This document shows positions 25,196 through 38,140 of a DNA stretch of 64,000 bases, in pieces. This DNA comes from Chrysomallon squamiferum (lineage: Eukaryota; Animalia; Mollusca). The notes below the pieces were generated by a model. The model searched no databases. It was given only the letters and a program-made list of their open reading frames with translations, and had not been told where the DNA came from. A program made the translations under genes and the position numbers. Position 1 is the stretch's first letter; each line of letters opens with the position of its first letter. Where the stretch lies: the NCBI GenBank assembly GCA_012295275.1, contig CM022675.1, positions 14,942,001 through 15,006,000 of the forward strand, given 5' to 3'.

Positions 25196-25390
25196 TCACG
25201 TGACTGTGACAGCACTCGACACTTTTCAATGGTTTCTTAACAAAATGAGGCTTCCAAGAATATTTGCTTCCCAAGTACGATTATAACAATGCCGCAACAA
25301 GAATATCAAACTTGTCTCATTAGAATACAGAGCTGTGATTGGCCACGACAAGTAAATATGCGTGTTATCTAAACAAGGCGGGACTAGGCA
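25196..25390 (-). promoter_or_regulatory. Candidate Mnx proximal promoter / 5' UTR
   Basis: NF-Y-type GGCCAATCAC on the minus strand (ATTGG at 25338-25342), GGCGGGA GC-box-like element (~25377-25383), Fox-like GTAAATA (~25352-25358), Inr-like TCATTT (A at 25246) and E-box TCACGTGA (25196-25203), all directly upstream of the start codon. Confidence 0.55.
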
Positions 25391-27462
25391 CGCAAAGCGA
25401 CCTGGCAGTGGACAACTCTTGAGATGACTTGTTTGTCGAGTGTGAGTTAAAAAAAACAATATTTGATCTAAAACACAATTTGAATGTTATTGTTTCTGAA
25501 AAAATATCAACACTTCACAGAATGAATAGCCGTATACATTCGTTCAGAGAAAGGCATACAATATTTCAAATATTTATCTTTAAATTAGATTTTTTAATTT
25601 TTAAGAACAAACTAAAATTAGTATAGTCAAAGAAACACTAATAAAGTCATTTTGTTCTTCTCATGATTAATTAATTAATGATGCTGATATTCAAAGTCGA
25701 ATAATACTTAATTAAAATTTTAAAAGTCTACAATATGTGAACTCACAAATACAAACAATACTCAGTTATACAGATTTGATTTCTTTATTATATTTCTCTA
25801 AAAGCCGATACAAAACAAAAACAATGATAATTCTATGATTGCAAAAATAAACTGCCTGAAATCTCCTAATTTTTAAACGATATGTTATACAATATAATCA
25901 GTTAGAAAATATTTCAAATTAAAAAATGCGAAGTCAGTTATATTTATTTTATTACTGTTAGAGTGTGAATGAGTATGTAACAAAGTTGAAATATCTTCAT
26001 TTATATAACAAACATTAGGCTAGTATAAACATATCCTGATCGATATTAAATGTGTGTGTGTCCTATTTCATTTTAGATATTACTTTGTGGAATATATATT
26101 TATTACAGAGAAGAGAAAACGATTCATACAGGCAACACACATGCGTACGCACGGGCGCACACACTATCAAGTGAACATATTTTTCTTTCAAGAGTTAAAT
26201 ATGTACCTTTCTAATTAAATTACATTACATAAAAGTATTTAAATCTCAAGATTCTTTGGTTTCATGAATTTCCTTATAAAAACGAAAATATAAATATAGA
26301 TATAATCTTATAATATTCTGACAACAATAATAATAATAATAAAAAGACATTTAATAGTATGCAGTAAATTAAATTAACAAATATAAATTAATAGAAATAA
26401 CTTGACCGGGTCATAGATGAACCCCCATCATATCATTTACGGCACCTTCGACGTTATGAAATAATAGTGATGATGATCATGATGGTGATTTTGGTGATAA
26501 TGATGATGATGGTGATGGTGACGATGATCATGATAGTGATGATGATGATGATGATCGTGGTCATGGTGATGGTTATAATGACAATGATAACGATGATTAG
26601 GATAAAGATAATTATTTTGTTCTGCATAATAAAAGGGATTATTTTATATTTAACACGCACACGTAGCCATTCAAACACTCAATTCAGGACTGCGCTAGGA
26701 GTAAACTGTTGGGTTGGGTTTATTAATTACTGACTTTGTTATCACATATCGTCATATCCCATCAAGACTGAGTCTATTTCCGTCAGCACACGATCGTTTC
26801 ATGAGAGCAGTATTCCTCACAGTGCTAATTGGAAGTGGCAGTCTGCTGGGTTGTCCTGGCAGAGAGAGCACACAGCACTACTAACAAAGGAAGCGCAGAG
26901 ATCCGCTTAAACCTGTTATTTAGATCACGAATCACAATCACGCACTTAAATTAGTGACTGTGTAATCAAACGTTTAGCGCAGAGGTGGTTCGTGTGGTCA
27001 ACACCGGGTGTTAACTTATCAGCGGGAAATTTCTCTGTAACATCATCACAGAAACTTGAGTAAGCAGCTTAATTCGTCTCTTAATTATATATTCTTAAAG
27101 TTTAAAAAACTCAAAACAAAACAAAAGAAAATATTAGAGGCTACAGTTAAAAATAATATTTGATTATTAATATTATTGTTAGTAGTAGTAGCAGCAGTAA
27201 TAGTAAGTTAATTAATTAATAAAGTTTATCAAATTAAAATAAATCTTTTTGAAGAAAGAAAGAAAGAAAGAAAAAAATCCACTAATTCGCAAAAATCAGG
27301 AACACAAATAATCTGGATAATTCCTGACAGACTACTTGATGTTAGCCTAAATAAACATTTGTAAAAACCTTTGTTGTAGGATATTCAAAAATAAAATAAA
27401 ATAAAATAAAATGAAATAAATTAAAACAAAAATTAAATATGTATTTATATACTAGATACATA

Positions 27463-27750
27463 GTGCATTTGTTGCTATCATTGTTTTTGTATTGATCTTT
27501 CACAGCATACATTTTCATTTTTGTTTAATTTTTAAATTAATAGATATTACTTAATATTACATTCATTTAAATGATAAATGTAGATAGCTAAAGTTTTCAT
27601 GATTATTTAGAAGTAAATATAGTTAGACAAAAGCAGCAAACATCCTTTAAACACATAAAATATACAGAAATACACTTACGTAAGATATACATATATCATT
27701 TAAAGATTTCGCGTTTATATATGTTATTTAAAGTCACACCCAAACACACA
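27463..27750 (+). repeat. Dispersed repeat B, copy 2
   Basis: Diverged direct copy of 16085-16370. Confidence 0.88.
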
Positions 27751-29697
27751 TACATACGTACATAAATATATTCATATATAATAGTTTAACTAAATAAATG
27801 TATCAAATAAAATAAAATAAAATAAAAGTAATATAAAATATTTTAATTTACTAAATGATAAAAATTATAAAAAAACAGAAACTAAAATATCTATTTATTT
27901 ACTATAATTTCCTTTTAATATATAAAACGATCTGTTATCGAATTTCTATAATTAAGTAGAATATATATTTTAAATAATCAGTTTTGTTTAAAATTTGCAG
28001 TGACGTTATTTTCATAACTTTGAAATGACGTTATTCATGTTATAGAACTGACTTCGTCTCAGTTACGCATTTTAATGTAGTTTTACGTATTTCAAAAATC
28101 TTATTATTCACTTTGTCTATAACGTTTATTTGAAACGTTGTAGTTATAAATAAGTCACTGAATGGATGACTATTTTTCTAAATAAAATCTAAGCACATGT
28201 TTCTATAAACATTTATGTAACGTTTATATTTTAGTTTTAAAAATTCCTTATTAAGCTATTTCTTTTAATTGATTTTTATGAAATTTTCAATCATTTTAAT
28301 TTACTGTATAATGTTTAATATATTTTTACATTGTTGTCAGTATATTATAAAAATATCTATATTGATATTTTAATTTTTATAAGGAACATAGTGAAAGCAT
28401 CTACGAATCTTTGCATTCAAAGAATTTTGTGTAGTATCTTATTTTTTCATTGCGTTAGTATACAAGTGGAAACCCGCTAGCTGGAATATTCGATTAGCAG
28501 AAAGGAATATTTCATAGGCTCCTTCTCACAGACTCCAAAAATTATTATAAAGATCACTTTTACACTGATTTTTAAAAATGTATTATATTATAAGACAATA
28601 TATTTGTGAATTATTGATTGTAAAAATGGTTTACAAGTTGTGTTGTTCACCGTGTCACCTGTCACTCATAAAGTGATTCTTTACATGATCTGAAAACTTG
28701 TTCATGTTAAAACGACGAACAAACATAAACTAGACAGTGATAACTTTGACGAAAAGGCGTACAATGGAACATTTTATTTCTTGTTTACCTTCTCCTTATG
28801 TTAATCATTGACTTTGCCACAAACCAGTTTAAAGAATATTTTTCTATATTGATTCAGTTGTTATTGTTTAATCGTATTCATATCCATTGTAGATTTCCGC
28901 TCGTCAGCAAACTCAAGTAGTTTTTGTCAAATTTTCAAACATCGTTTTTCTTTCAGTATTCAACATTGAGAAAGCAATAACAATTGTGATATATAACAAT
29001 TATGATACATAGAAAATGCATAAATATTTCGTAAGATAATGAGTTTTAGTATTTAGTTATTTACGAGATAAAAATAACAGAACGATGAAGAAAATAACTG
29101 TAAAAACATTTAAGATGAGAACATGGTATGTAAACTGAGTTTGGAATAAAAAGATTTAACTCTACGTAGATGTTTTTGATAAGTTATAATTTTTATAAAT
29201 GACAGAGTTTTGTCTGTACGGCAAATTTAAACACATATTTTTAACTTTTGTTTGAAAAAATTAAGAGTAGTCAGAGTCCGTGAAATTAAAAAACTCTTAT
29301 GCTAAGCAGTTAAAATAAACCTGCAGAGACTTAATAAAAAATACTGCTTGTGTTGATTTCTGATTTTGTTTGTTTTTACTCAATATTTTACTAAGTTATT
29401 GAATTCTGTAACTTTTACTTTCAAAAATTTTGTTTAGATGATTGAATGTCTGTAATAATAACGTTTTAAGATTTTTTTTGTTCGTCTGTAGCTGATTATT
29501 TGTGGGTCTTTTTTTAAAAAGTTTATTATTATGTGATAAATCCAGATATAATACCAATATCGCTGTTTGATTTCGGGTTTTGCTTTTCAAAATCTTCAAA
29601 GCAAACTGAATATTTTCTACATTAACAACATCTGATTTCCCCGTATCACTGCATCTGACAACAAACTATGGCAGGACACTGGCTGTGGCAATTTTAC

Positions 29698-29889
29698 GAT
29701 AAAACAGGTTAAGATAAACAAAGCGGACATTGTAATGTGATATATCAAACAATTTCCCAATCAGTCACAACCTGTGTACACATTTTTCTATTCAGCGATT
29801 ATTTCAATATTACCCGCTTTTACACATTTCTTTATCAGACGCAGATAAAACATCAATTAAAGTGAGAATACAAGGAAATTAATCTTCTA
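29698..29889 (+). repeat. Local duplication A, copy 1 (GATA-pair module)
   Basis: Aligns with 30596-30809; the 48-bp core starting at 29793 is 47/48 identical to the one starting at 30711. Confidence 0.9.
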
Positions 29890-30595
29890 TAAGTACCTTA
29901 AATAACTCGGTAGCACTATGAAGAGCAGAAGTACAGTTTATTAAACATTTATTATTACATAATTTAAAATTCCTAAAACAAAACTCTAAACAAAAGCAAA
30001 ATATATAAAACAAATTACAGTTAAATTAATCTACGTTTTGAACATTTGACACTATCTGTTTCATTGACTTTGTAACTGATTTTATAAAAGGCTACATGAT
30101 AAAAAATAGATTTTTTAACCTTGTGAGAAAATTAAATGTTTTGTCAGTTGTGTTGTAATTCTAGTCTACATTGTGTACTTTTTTTTTTTATCATATTCGA
30201 TAAGATGCTTTGTAAACATGGGGCTATACAATTATATAAAAGATGTAGCAGAGTAACGTACTGAGTCCGACGTTCGAAATTTGTTCAGACTATTTATTAA
30301 TAATTTATTTATTTATTTATTTATTAATCTTTTTTCGTGAGAATTTTTGGCTGCGTTTAAAGATGCATATTTTCTTCAATGTAATGACTAGCGAATTTAA
30401 ATTTTAAAAATCTGAAAACTATTTTATAATATAATACTTCTAAATGGAAAATGAACTCTTTTAAGTGCAAGTTTAGAAACAAAATCGGCTGTTTTATATC
30501 ATCCTGTCGTTCAGTCAGGTGACAAAGAGCGTTCTCAAAATACCTGGCTACAGGTAGAACATGAACTTCTCTTGTAAAGTGCCGCAGGTGCGAAT

Positions 30596-30809
30596 GATAA
30601 AACAGTTTACGTCAAACAGAGAGGACATTGTAATGTAATATATCACCGGACAAATCACTTTCCAATCGAAGCCGACGTGTGTTGACGTTTTTCTACTCAA
30701 TGTGGTTGTCCAGCGATTATTTCAATATTACCTGCTTTTACACATTTCTTTATCAGACTCCGATAAAATCATTAATTAAAGTGTGAATGCAAGGAAATTA
30801 ATCTTTTAC
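30596..30809 (+). repeat. Local duplication A, copy 2
   Basis: Direct repeat of 29698-29889 with small insertions. Confidence 0.9.
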
Positions 30810-31365
30810 TAGAACATTGATTACACATCAGAACGTGCTTTTAAGTAAATTACCGACAGACCTCTCCCTCCTCCAACTGCTCCTCCCAGCCGCTTCACTG
30901 CCACTGTCTGTTGACACAGCACTGACAGTGAAAACTCTACACAGGCAAAAATAATTTCCGTCCTGCTAATAGCTCTACACGATCAACCACTGACATAATG
31001 ACTAGGAAGCTGGTTGTTGAAAACAGACTATTTGTCCATTAAAGACAAATATCTTGTCTACAGTGTTCTAACAATGTCAGAAATCCAGCAAGCATTCCGT
31101 CTGTCCGTACGACCATTCATACATACATACACACCCAGACACACACACATACATAAAAACATACATATACACATACACACCAAGACACACACACAGACAT
31201 AAAAACATACACTTACACATACACACGCACGCACGTACGTACGCAAACACGAACGCACACACACATACACATATATACATACATGCATGCATATATATGT
31301 GTGTGCGTGTGTATATATACAATACAATACAATGCATACATATATTCACACATACATAAAAATAC

Positions 31366-31412
<47 letters not shown>

Positions 31413-31739
31413 AAGATGCATACATATATGTAAATAAACATTTAAAAAATATAATAGCAAAATAATATATATATATATATATATCGCCAAAATCAAACAT
31501 GTACATTACAGTGGTTTAAGTCACCTCGAGCCCCTGGATTATTTCTGTAATAATAACAAAATTCCTGTGCAAAGATGATCTAGTGTGATAACTGTCTTAA
31601 TACACCCATTACATATAAACTATTTTATGAAACCTACTTTTATTATTGTTAGGTTTTTTCAGCATTATTATTATTATTATTAGTGTTATTACTATTGTTG
31701 TTGTTGTTATTATTATTATTATTGATACTATATATTTTT

Positions 31740-32113
31740 TACAAACCTTATTTGTTTTTTTCACATGACGAAAACTGTTATAGTAATACATTTTATAAAA
31801 GAAAATATAATTTGGCTTTCACAATAAAAATAAAAAATATCTTCACTTTATTAAGTATTTTATTTATTGAAATAATTTATTACATGCATCAAAAAGAAGC
31901 AGATTTCATTATAATTAGTAGATACAAAATATTTAATAAACACATATATACACAGACACATAAACATTTGTAATATTATAATTAATTTTTTTAATCTAAA
32001 TACTGTTTAATTTCTTCTTTTTTAAAAATAATTTCATGTGTTGCTAATGCTGAATTATGTGATTTTTGTTTCTAACCTATCGAAATGACGCTAACACACT
32101 CACGCACGTCGCA
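31740..32113 (+). repeat. Dispersed repeat C, copy 2
   Basis: Diverged direct copy of 20776-21125. Confidence 0.88.
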
Positions 32114-32541
32114 AATACTTCTTTTTAGAAATAAAATCTATGACATTTTGTGCAAGAATAAATAAATAAAAAAGAAACGATAATAAAAAGTGAAATTTAA
32201 AAAGAAGATTTCTAAAATAAAACTGATTATTAAGCCAAGTGCTAAGCGGGAATTGTCTTCATGCGATACTAAAACTGCTGTGAAATTTTAACGAAATGAC
32301 AAAGACTGCGGATGAAAGTCACGAGTTTTGATGATCTTCTTCTTTAATTACTCGGTAGCCAGAATTGTTCCATGAATAATTTATGTGCACGTGAATGCAC
32401 ACGCGTACTTTCAGGCACCACGCACATTATCCGCAGAACACAAATGAACGTAAAGCAGTTTGTTACCTAATTGTAATTTAATTATTTAGCAGCAGATATG
32501 AAGTAATAATAATTTTTAACATTCGTGTGAAGACTATTCAT

Positions 32542-32598
<57 letters not shown>

Positions 32599-32749
32599 GT
32601 GTAGTATTAAATATAATATTAATACTAATTAAAAAAAGCTACCACTAATAATGATGGTAATGATGATTATGATGATAATAATGATATGATAATAAGATAA
32701 TAATAATAATTTTAATAATAATAACAGTAATGATTATGATGATTATGAT

Positions 32750-32791
<42 letters not shown>

Positions 32792-35609
32792 AATAATAAT
32801 GATAATAATAATAATGATGATGATGATGATAATAATAATAATAATAATAAAATAATAATAATAATGATAATGATAATTATTACTACCACTTTAAATTACC
32901 ACATTTAACTTGGAATTAATGGAGTGTAAACAAGTGAAATAATTTTAACTGAAAAGAAATAGAAAATAAAAAAGAAGACATCAATTACTGGAAAGTCTAG
33001 ACGTAAAAACAGTGTGTAAAGGAAATGTCGTAATAAATGTGCATATTGTTGTTTAAATGACCTCGTTTCTCGTCTAGGATCAAATTAGCTCGACATCTAG
33101 ATGGACGCTGGTGTAATTAAACCACAGATTCTAAAATATGATTATTAAAGGCATTGATTTCATTTACACGCTGCAATGATCATGTTTAATCAATTTCTGG
33201 GTTTGGCAGTCGCTTGTCAATTTGTTGAAAAGCTACAACGCGCAGGCCAACCAAATATTTGTCCATCATATTAGTGTAATTAATTAAATCGAGAGCTCTT
33301 TCTGACACAGCAGTAATGAGTTAATTCACTGCGCTATGAAGACGGCAATCACGACTCGGCTCAGACTCACAAAACCATTCATTTTTCTGTGTTCTAATGG
33401 ACGGACGAAGATTTGCCCTCATTGCACGCTCGTTTATTACTGTTTACATGAAAACGTGTCCGTCGACCCGTTCTTTAGCGCGGTGAGTGATGGAGTAACT
33501 CTGGTATCTGTTCTTGGAAGCAAGATCACAGTTAGCGAAATCACACCATTTAATTAGTGAGCGTCGATAAAAGCGATTTTAGTGCCTACGAAACGATTTT
33601 GACTTTTCACCTTTCTTTTGGCGTTCATTAGAAGAGCAAATCTCGAAATGATGAATTGAGATAAAACTCGTTTAAATACTTTGGCTTGATCTCAACACCA
33701 ATGAGCGATCATTACAACAACTGTTTTCAGAACTGCAGTGCACGTCTTAATTCAGTTAACTGTTATCTGCACAGTTAACCTCTTATCCTGTATTCTTGTT
33801 GTAAACAGTTCGCTTTTTTATTTCACTTGCAATTACTTATTTTAAGAAATACAGTTAGATTAAAACGAAAACAAGAACAATAGAAGAATCACAGAAAGCA
33901 TTAATTAAAAGAAAGAATAATTTTGTTTATTAATAATTGATATTTAATTAATTGAATTCTCCCGCCCTGTTATTGGATGTTTTCTTTAGCAATTAATTTT
34001 GTCGTGTTCATATCGTCGTTATTATATATTATGCTTCTTCTTCTTCTTCAAAAAAAAATAAATAAATAAATAAAAAAATAAAAATAAAAAAATGAAAAAG
34101 ATGATGGGAAAGAAAGAAAGAGAATGCGATACAGAATGGACACATAATGAATGTTATTTTTTACGATGTTCAAATTAAGACAGTATTCTGCTCTGAAAGA
34201 ACACAAGAAGAGGAAGACAGTACATAAAATACGCGCATGTAGACAAAATATTTATCACTGGCGCCAGAACAGACATTACAGACAAATGCAGCGTACACTG
34301 TAATACAGCAGCCAAATAATGAGATATGACAATATTTAACTGAATGAATCACGTCATACTCAAACAAGTGAAAGAAATATACGTCCTAAGTGAAACACGC
34401 AACACATAAATCAAACACATAAAAATATTATTGTTAACAATCTGCTGTGTTTGTCGAAAAATATGCAATAAATAAATAACAATATGTACTAGGAGTATAT
34501 GTTTGATTGTTATTAATAAATTGTTATATCAATAAACGCAATGATTATATAAATTTTGAAACTCCGTACATTTATTTGTTTTTCGCGTTAATTATTAATG
34601 ATGTATTGTTGTTTTTATATTTAAATTTTTACTTTTTTCTGAAATAATAATTTTAAATACACTGATTTTATTAGCTAACATAAAGAGTGTGTATGTACGA
34701 ATGTTGACGAAGGAAATAATTTGAGAGGGTATACACCAGGTTGAGGGTAAGTTTGGAGGGAGTGTATTTATATTTCAGTTAACAGATTATTAAAAATTCT
34801 CAAACATCCTATTATGATCTTAAACTTTATTTTTTTCTAACATTAATTATCAATGTTTATGACCGTTTTTCATTTATTTATTTTATAAAGTAGGACAATC
34901 CAAATGCAAAATGAATTTATATATTTATAGGTAGTCTCAATAAATGTTCTCACTGTACAAATATATTATGTTCAATATTTAAAAACCACACCGTTTCAGA
35001 TGCAAAAAGCAATATTTATCTGTGTTGTTTTATGTCTGGTCTCCTACAGGAACCCTAAACTCAGCTTTACGCAAGCTACACATATGAAACATCAGATATA
35101 GGCTTTTGTCTGTCTATCAGTATAGTGCAATAAAATGTTTTATGCATCAATAAGATTAAAGTTTATTCTCTTCTGTCCCTACTCATAAGATGGAAAATGT
35201 GTTTTTCATACTCGCTATTTTGGATTTTTTATGAGACAAAGGTATTTCTTCTACCCTTCAGTGACAGCACGCACGTACTCACATGAGATAAAAAGACACA
35301 CAAGTAAAGGTGAAACGAGGGAGACTGCTATCACAGTTTGAACAGAGAAAATGTTGGTTTCTCGACAACTCACCAGTAGACATGTCGTAGTAGAAAACTG
35401 GCCACTTAACAACTAAGTGATAAGCTTTGGAAGCATGACGTTTTTATGGTGCACGGTCCACGACGAATTCTTAATTTGTTTGTGCAAGCAATTTGATGTG
35501 TATTTGAAAAACTATTTTCGAACAATTTACTCGGCTATAAACAACTTACGAAACGTGCTAACACTTCGGCAGTTTACTGCTTCACGGTTATTTGTTTGAA
35601 AACCGTGCA

Positions 35610-35628
35610 CCCTGCCCCCTGGTGGCCA
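35610..35628 (-). promoter_or_regulatory. CTCF-binding-site-like motif
   Basis: Minus strand reads TGGCCACCAGGGGGCAGGG versus the CTCF core consensus TGGCCACCAGGGGGCGCTA (first 15 nt identical), in an otherwise AT-rich background. Confidence 0.65.
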
Positions 35629-35996
35629 TTTCCCATAATACAAGCTTACTGGGGGCTTACTCTGTTTATTCTGTATTTTGTATACGGTGAAGTGTCAAAA
35701 CAAACGAAGCCTCCTCATAATGAAAACTGTGTTCACTGAGCTTTGGTAATTTGTTTGTTTAGTTTATTTTAAAACAAAGAAATAAAACCTTCATTATACT
35801 CCGTGAGTTTGATTAATATTAGGAGCAGAGCCAGAATTAACAAGCTAAATTAAACAAATTATTGTTCAGAAGTTCACAACTTAAACGGCCTTTCAAAATT
35901 ACCAGAATATTATTTTTCGTTTGTTAGAATTTTATGATAACTTACATTTAACTAATGATTTAATCTACTGAACTTAACTTACATAATCTTATTAAC

Positions 35997-36068
35997 ATAT
36001 CAGTTTAACCACTATTTGTAGTTTTATTTTACTAATAAATGTATTGAAACTGAATATGTTAGGTTCTA
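35997..36068 (+). repeat. Dispersed repeat D, copy 1 (72 bp)
   Basis: ATATCAGTTTAACCACTATTTGT.GTTTTATTTTACTAATAAATG.ATTGAAACTGAATATGTTAGGTTCTA; 2 mismatches to 40522-40593. Confidence 0.9.
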
Positions 36069-37137
36069 TGGATGAAACTTTCACATTTGTGTGTTATATA
36101 TTATGCTACGTTTTCAAGTTAACTCGTCATACTCTTGTATTGTTAAACAGTTTTCAACAGGGTTTCACACAACAGTTTAGGGCTGTCTGTGATTAATTTT
36201 GGCTCTAATTAACAATGTTTTGGTTTGCTTTTTTGCTCAGCAGTTAGAAATATTCACATTTTTACCACTAATTTTGCTAATAAGAAAGTTTGACCAACAA
36301 AACACGTCTGTAAAAGAAGTTGCTATTTCTCTTCTTTACTGGATACTCGTGATGTACAGATGTGAGACGAACGACTGAGAGAGATGAAATATCTTATCAG
36401 TAATTTTCTCTGTTTGCATTCATCATCAGTTCCTAAATCAGATTTCTTCTTAATATTCTTGGTGAAAATAAAATGTTCATGAACAGATTAATTACATCAT
36501 TTACATACTTTGTTATTAACAAAAGCTGGTCTCCAGTATTAATAGTATTACTGCTAAAACTACTACTATTGTTGCTGCCAACCTCTAGAAGTAGAAATAT
36601 ATAATATAATATATTATTATTGTTATTACTTTTATAGCGCGTGATATTATTATGTTAATACTTTTGCTTTTAAATTGTGAAAGTGTGCGATGGAGGAAAA
36701 CGTTTAGAAAAATCATCTGCCATCGGCCTTACTTTGAGTAAGGGAGATAAGCCATGGTAGGAAAATATTAAATATGTAAAAATATTTTTCTAACACGGAA
36801 AAAAAACTTCATTTTAGAATGGATCTTGTGGCTGACATAATAATAATAATAATAATGATGATGATGATGATGATGATGATGATAATAATAATAATAACAA
36901 TGATAATTATGTCAATGTCACTAATAATAGTATAAATAAATAAATAAATAGTAAATAAATAAATAAATCCAATGTAATAATGTACGAAATAAACATAAAT
37001 AAATACTTATGAATAAAAAAAGGAAAAAAGTACAAAAAACAAACAACTGATATATTTCAATGTTTATTATGAATAGAATTAATAAAAGTGAGATTAAACT
37101 CTCGTCTTGATTAATGTTGATAGTTTTATTTCTGTCT

Positions 37138-37299
37138 TCATCATTTTGCAGCTCTAGTGTCCCACAGTTGGGAGGAAGACCCAGCATGCTGATTCCACAT
37201 TTTCTTGTCTTGTGCTGTATTCTGCCAGTACTTGCCCAGTTCATCACTTCATCTGGAATCTTCGTGTAGATCATTTCCTTTCTGCGGTTTCCAAGTGGA
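37138..37299 (-). mobile_element. Eroded 3' end of an RTE-type non-LTR retrotransposon ORF
   Basis: A minus-strand frame not in the ORF track reads STWKP...R*SDELGKYWQNTAQDKKMWNQHAGSSSQLWDTRAAK**, resembling the RTE C-terminal pattern RWRDELDKYW...WQRTAQDR..W.QHAEAFAQ.RDT.AA* (recalled). It has an in-frame stop and a probable frameshift. Confidence 0.6.
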
Positions 37300-38093
37300 G
37301 AAAAACAAACACGAAATTTGTAATCAAGAAGAAGACCCGCGAGCTTAGGGAGAGATGAAATGATAAAACTTTCTTTTGCTTAATCAATTTACTTTTATAT
37401 CCTTATAAAAAAAAAAAAAAAAATCCCATTTCTTCTAATTTATTTAATTTATGAAATAAAAAAAATCAACCAAAGAGCCAGAAAAAGAATCCAAAACAAA
37501 ACAAACAGATACATTAAAGTCCTCAAAAACAAAAACCGCGGTGATAAAGAAAATACTATAACAGACCTACTGTCAGAAACGAATTCAGTGTAAAAGTAAG
37601 CAAATGTTACCAATAAATAATCATTGCTCGTGACAGGACATGTCCTCATGTTTATATTAACAGCTGTATTATTTCAAAAAATATTACGTATGCGTGACTT
37701 TATTTAAATAATAAAGTACTCTCACGAGGTGTAATATTTTTACATCGACTCAGTCTGTTTGGAATATTTCTACACGTACTGCTTCTTGCCACTGCTATTA
37801 TTAATGATTAAGAACAGCACCAGAAACAAACAAACAAAAAAACAACAACAAAAATCCCCCCAAAACAACAAACAAACAAAATAAAACAAACCAAAAAAAC
37901 AAACAAAAAACAACAACAACAAACAAACGAGAAATACAACAAATATTACTGTTATTATATTTACAACTGTTTCTATTACTACTACTGCTACTACTGTTTC
38001 TATTATTACAACTGTTTCTATTACTACTACTGCTACTACTACAGCGACTTCGGATACTATTGATATTACTACTACCACCACCATGACCACTGT

Positions 38094-38140
<47 letters not shown>

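Noticed and set aside
25280-25285. TATA box for Mnx
   Set aside because: TATAAT is non-canonical and lies ~34-39 nt from the candidate Inr, outside the usual spacing.
24860-25286. Overlapping ORFs 24860-25075, 24891-25286 and 24937-25161
   Set aside because: Shadow frames of the GC-rich Mnx exon 1.
36921-37274. 117-aa ORF as a host gene
   Set aside because: The complex part is an off-frame reading of an RTE relic; the rest is AT-rich low-complexity sequence.
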